In this document: one piece after another, positions 46,268-46,778 of the stretch
Numbering within the stretch: the stretch's first letter is position 1
How the letters are laid out: every line of letters begins with the position of its first letter
Source: Chitinophagaceae bacterium
GTDB lineage: Bacteria; Bacteroidota; Bacteroidia; Chitinophagales; Chitinophagaceae
Assembly (NCBI GenBank): GCA_044238505.1
Contig: JBIIDB010000001.1
Coordinates: forward strand, 1-46,778
Length of the DNA: 46,778 bases
Direction of reading: 5' to 3'
Position numbers and translations under genes: made by a program
Notes under the pieces: model-generated
Databases searched by the model: none
Told to the model about the DNA's origin: nothing
The model's input: the letters and a program-made list of their open reading frames with translations, nothing else

Positions 46268-46624
46268 TTAAGCCTCCACTGCTTTTTCGTTTCCGGATTT
46301 TACGCCACTTCTCTTGCGTGCATTGTACTCGACGGCGTATTTGTCGAGCTTGGTGCAAAGATGACGAAGCACGGCTTCGTCGCGAAGCAACTGGATTTTC
46401 AACTTTTCATTGAAGTCAGCAGCTGCCGTGTACTCCAGTACCCAGTACAATCCGGTTGTTTTTTTCTGGATGGGGTAGGCCAGTGATTTCAGGCCCCAGC
46501 CGTTCTCAGCTACAACAGCACCGCCGTTGTCGGTTACCAGCTTCGCATATTTTTTTTGCGCAGCCTTGAACTCTTCATCGCTCAGAACAGGGGTGAAGAT
46601 CACCATCAGTTCGTAATTGTTCAT
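46268..46624 (-). CDS. rpsF: 30S ribosomal protein bS6 (start moved to ATG 46624)
   Basis: [28 protein letters not shown]. Confidence 0.97.
   Translation of the reverse strand: MNNYELMVIFTPVLSDEEFKAAQKKYAKLVTDNGGAVVAENGWGLKSLAYPIQKKTTGLYWVLEYTAAADFNEKLKIQLLRDEAVLRHLCTKLDKYAVEYNARKRSGVKSGNEKAVEA
46273..46277 (-). promoter_or_regulatory. Shine-Dalgarno GGAGG of rpsR
   Basis: GTGGAGG-CTTAATACC-ATG; 9-nt spacer; lies within the last rpsF codons. Confidence 0.7.
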
Positions 46625-46734
46625 GTACCTTTTTTTTGTTTCCGGTTTGATGCGGAAAGGGTTAAAAATTCGATTTCTCCCATTGGACATTGCAGGGGTT
46701 GAGCCTGCAAAGAATCTGCGAACACAGATTTGGG
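46625..46734 (-). promoter_or_regulatory. Structured rpsF 5' leader with an S6:S18-like CCG element
   Basis: Hairpins AATCTG/CAGATT and TTGCAGG/CCTGCAA; CCTTT-CCG can pair with AAAGG 3 nt before the ATG. Confidence 0.55.
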
Positions 46735-46738
46735 GCGG

Positions 46739-46746
46739 CAAAGATA
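46739..46746 (-). promoter_or_regulatory. -7 box TATCTTTG for rpsF-rpsR-rplI
   Basis: Exact TAnnTTTG directly upstream of the leader. Confidence 0.75.
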
Positions 46747-46778
46747 GGGGATTTTGCAGCAGCGGACAAGAGCAGGAG

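Overview
Core-genome segment of a Bacteroidota chromosome, probably Chitinophagaceae. This rests on TAnnTTTG-type -7 promoters, T9SS genes, stand-alone pheT and a eukaryote-type citrate synthase. It holds about 44 CDSs and 2 tRNAs: tRNA-Leu/tig/clpP/clpP2/clpX; two paralogous T9SS type-B surface proteins with one PorP/SprF gene, flanking rel(spoT); purA; an acidic disordered small protein; slt/tatA; rplS; pheT-zapB-like-zapA-rny; divergent fabH/fabI; DUF2795; two ABC ATPases; pduO; trpS-dNK-pepP-pssA-purS-rsmI-M1 peptidase; rsmG/GT2; tgt-lptF/G-gltA-tRNA-Ala; lpxB/surE; an XRE-S24 LexA-like repressor; guaA; an RRM protein; rpsF-rpsR-rplI. I see no transposase, integrase, prophage, defence system or CRISPR array. 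The most interesting signals are regulatory: three CTAA-N5-TTAG operators before the LexA-like gene, a sigma54-type promoter before clpP, about eight apparently leaderless genes, a palindromic bidirectional promoter core, a Shine-Dalgarno before rpsR, an S6:S18-like leader, and a short/long pair of adhesins sharing one head domain. All calls are by eye; no searches were run.
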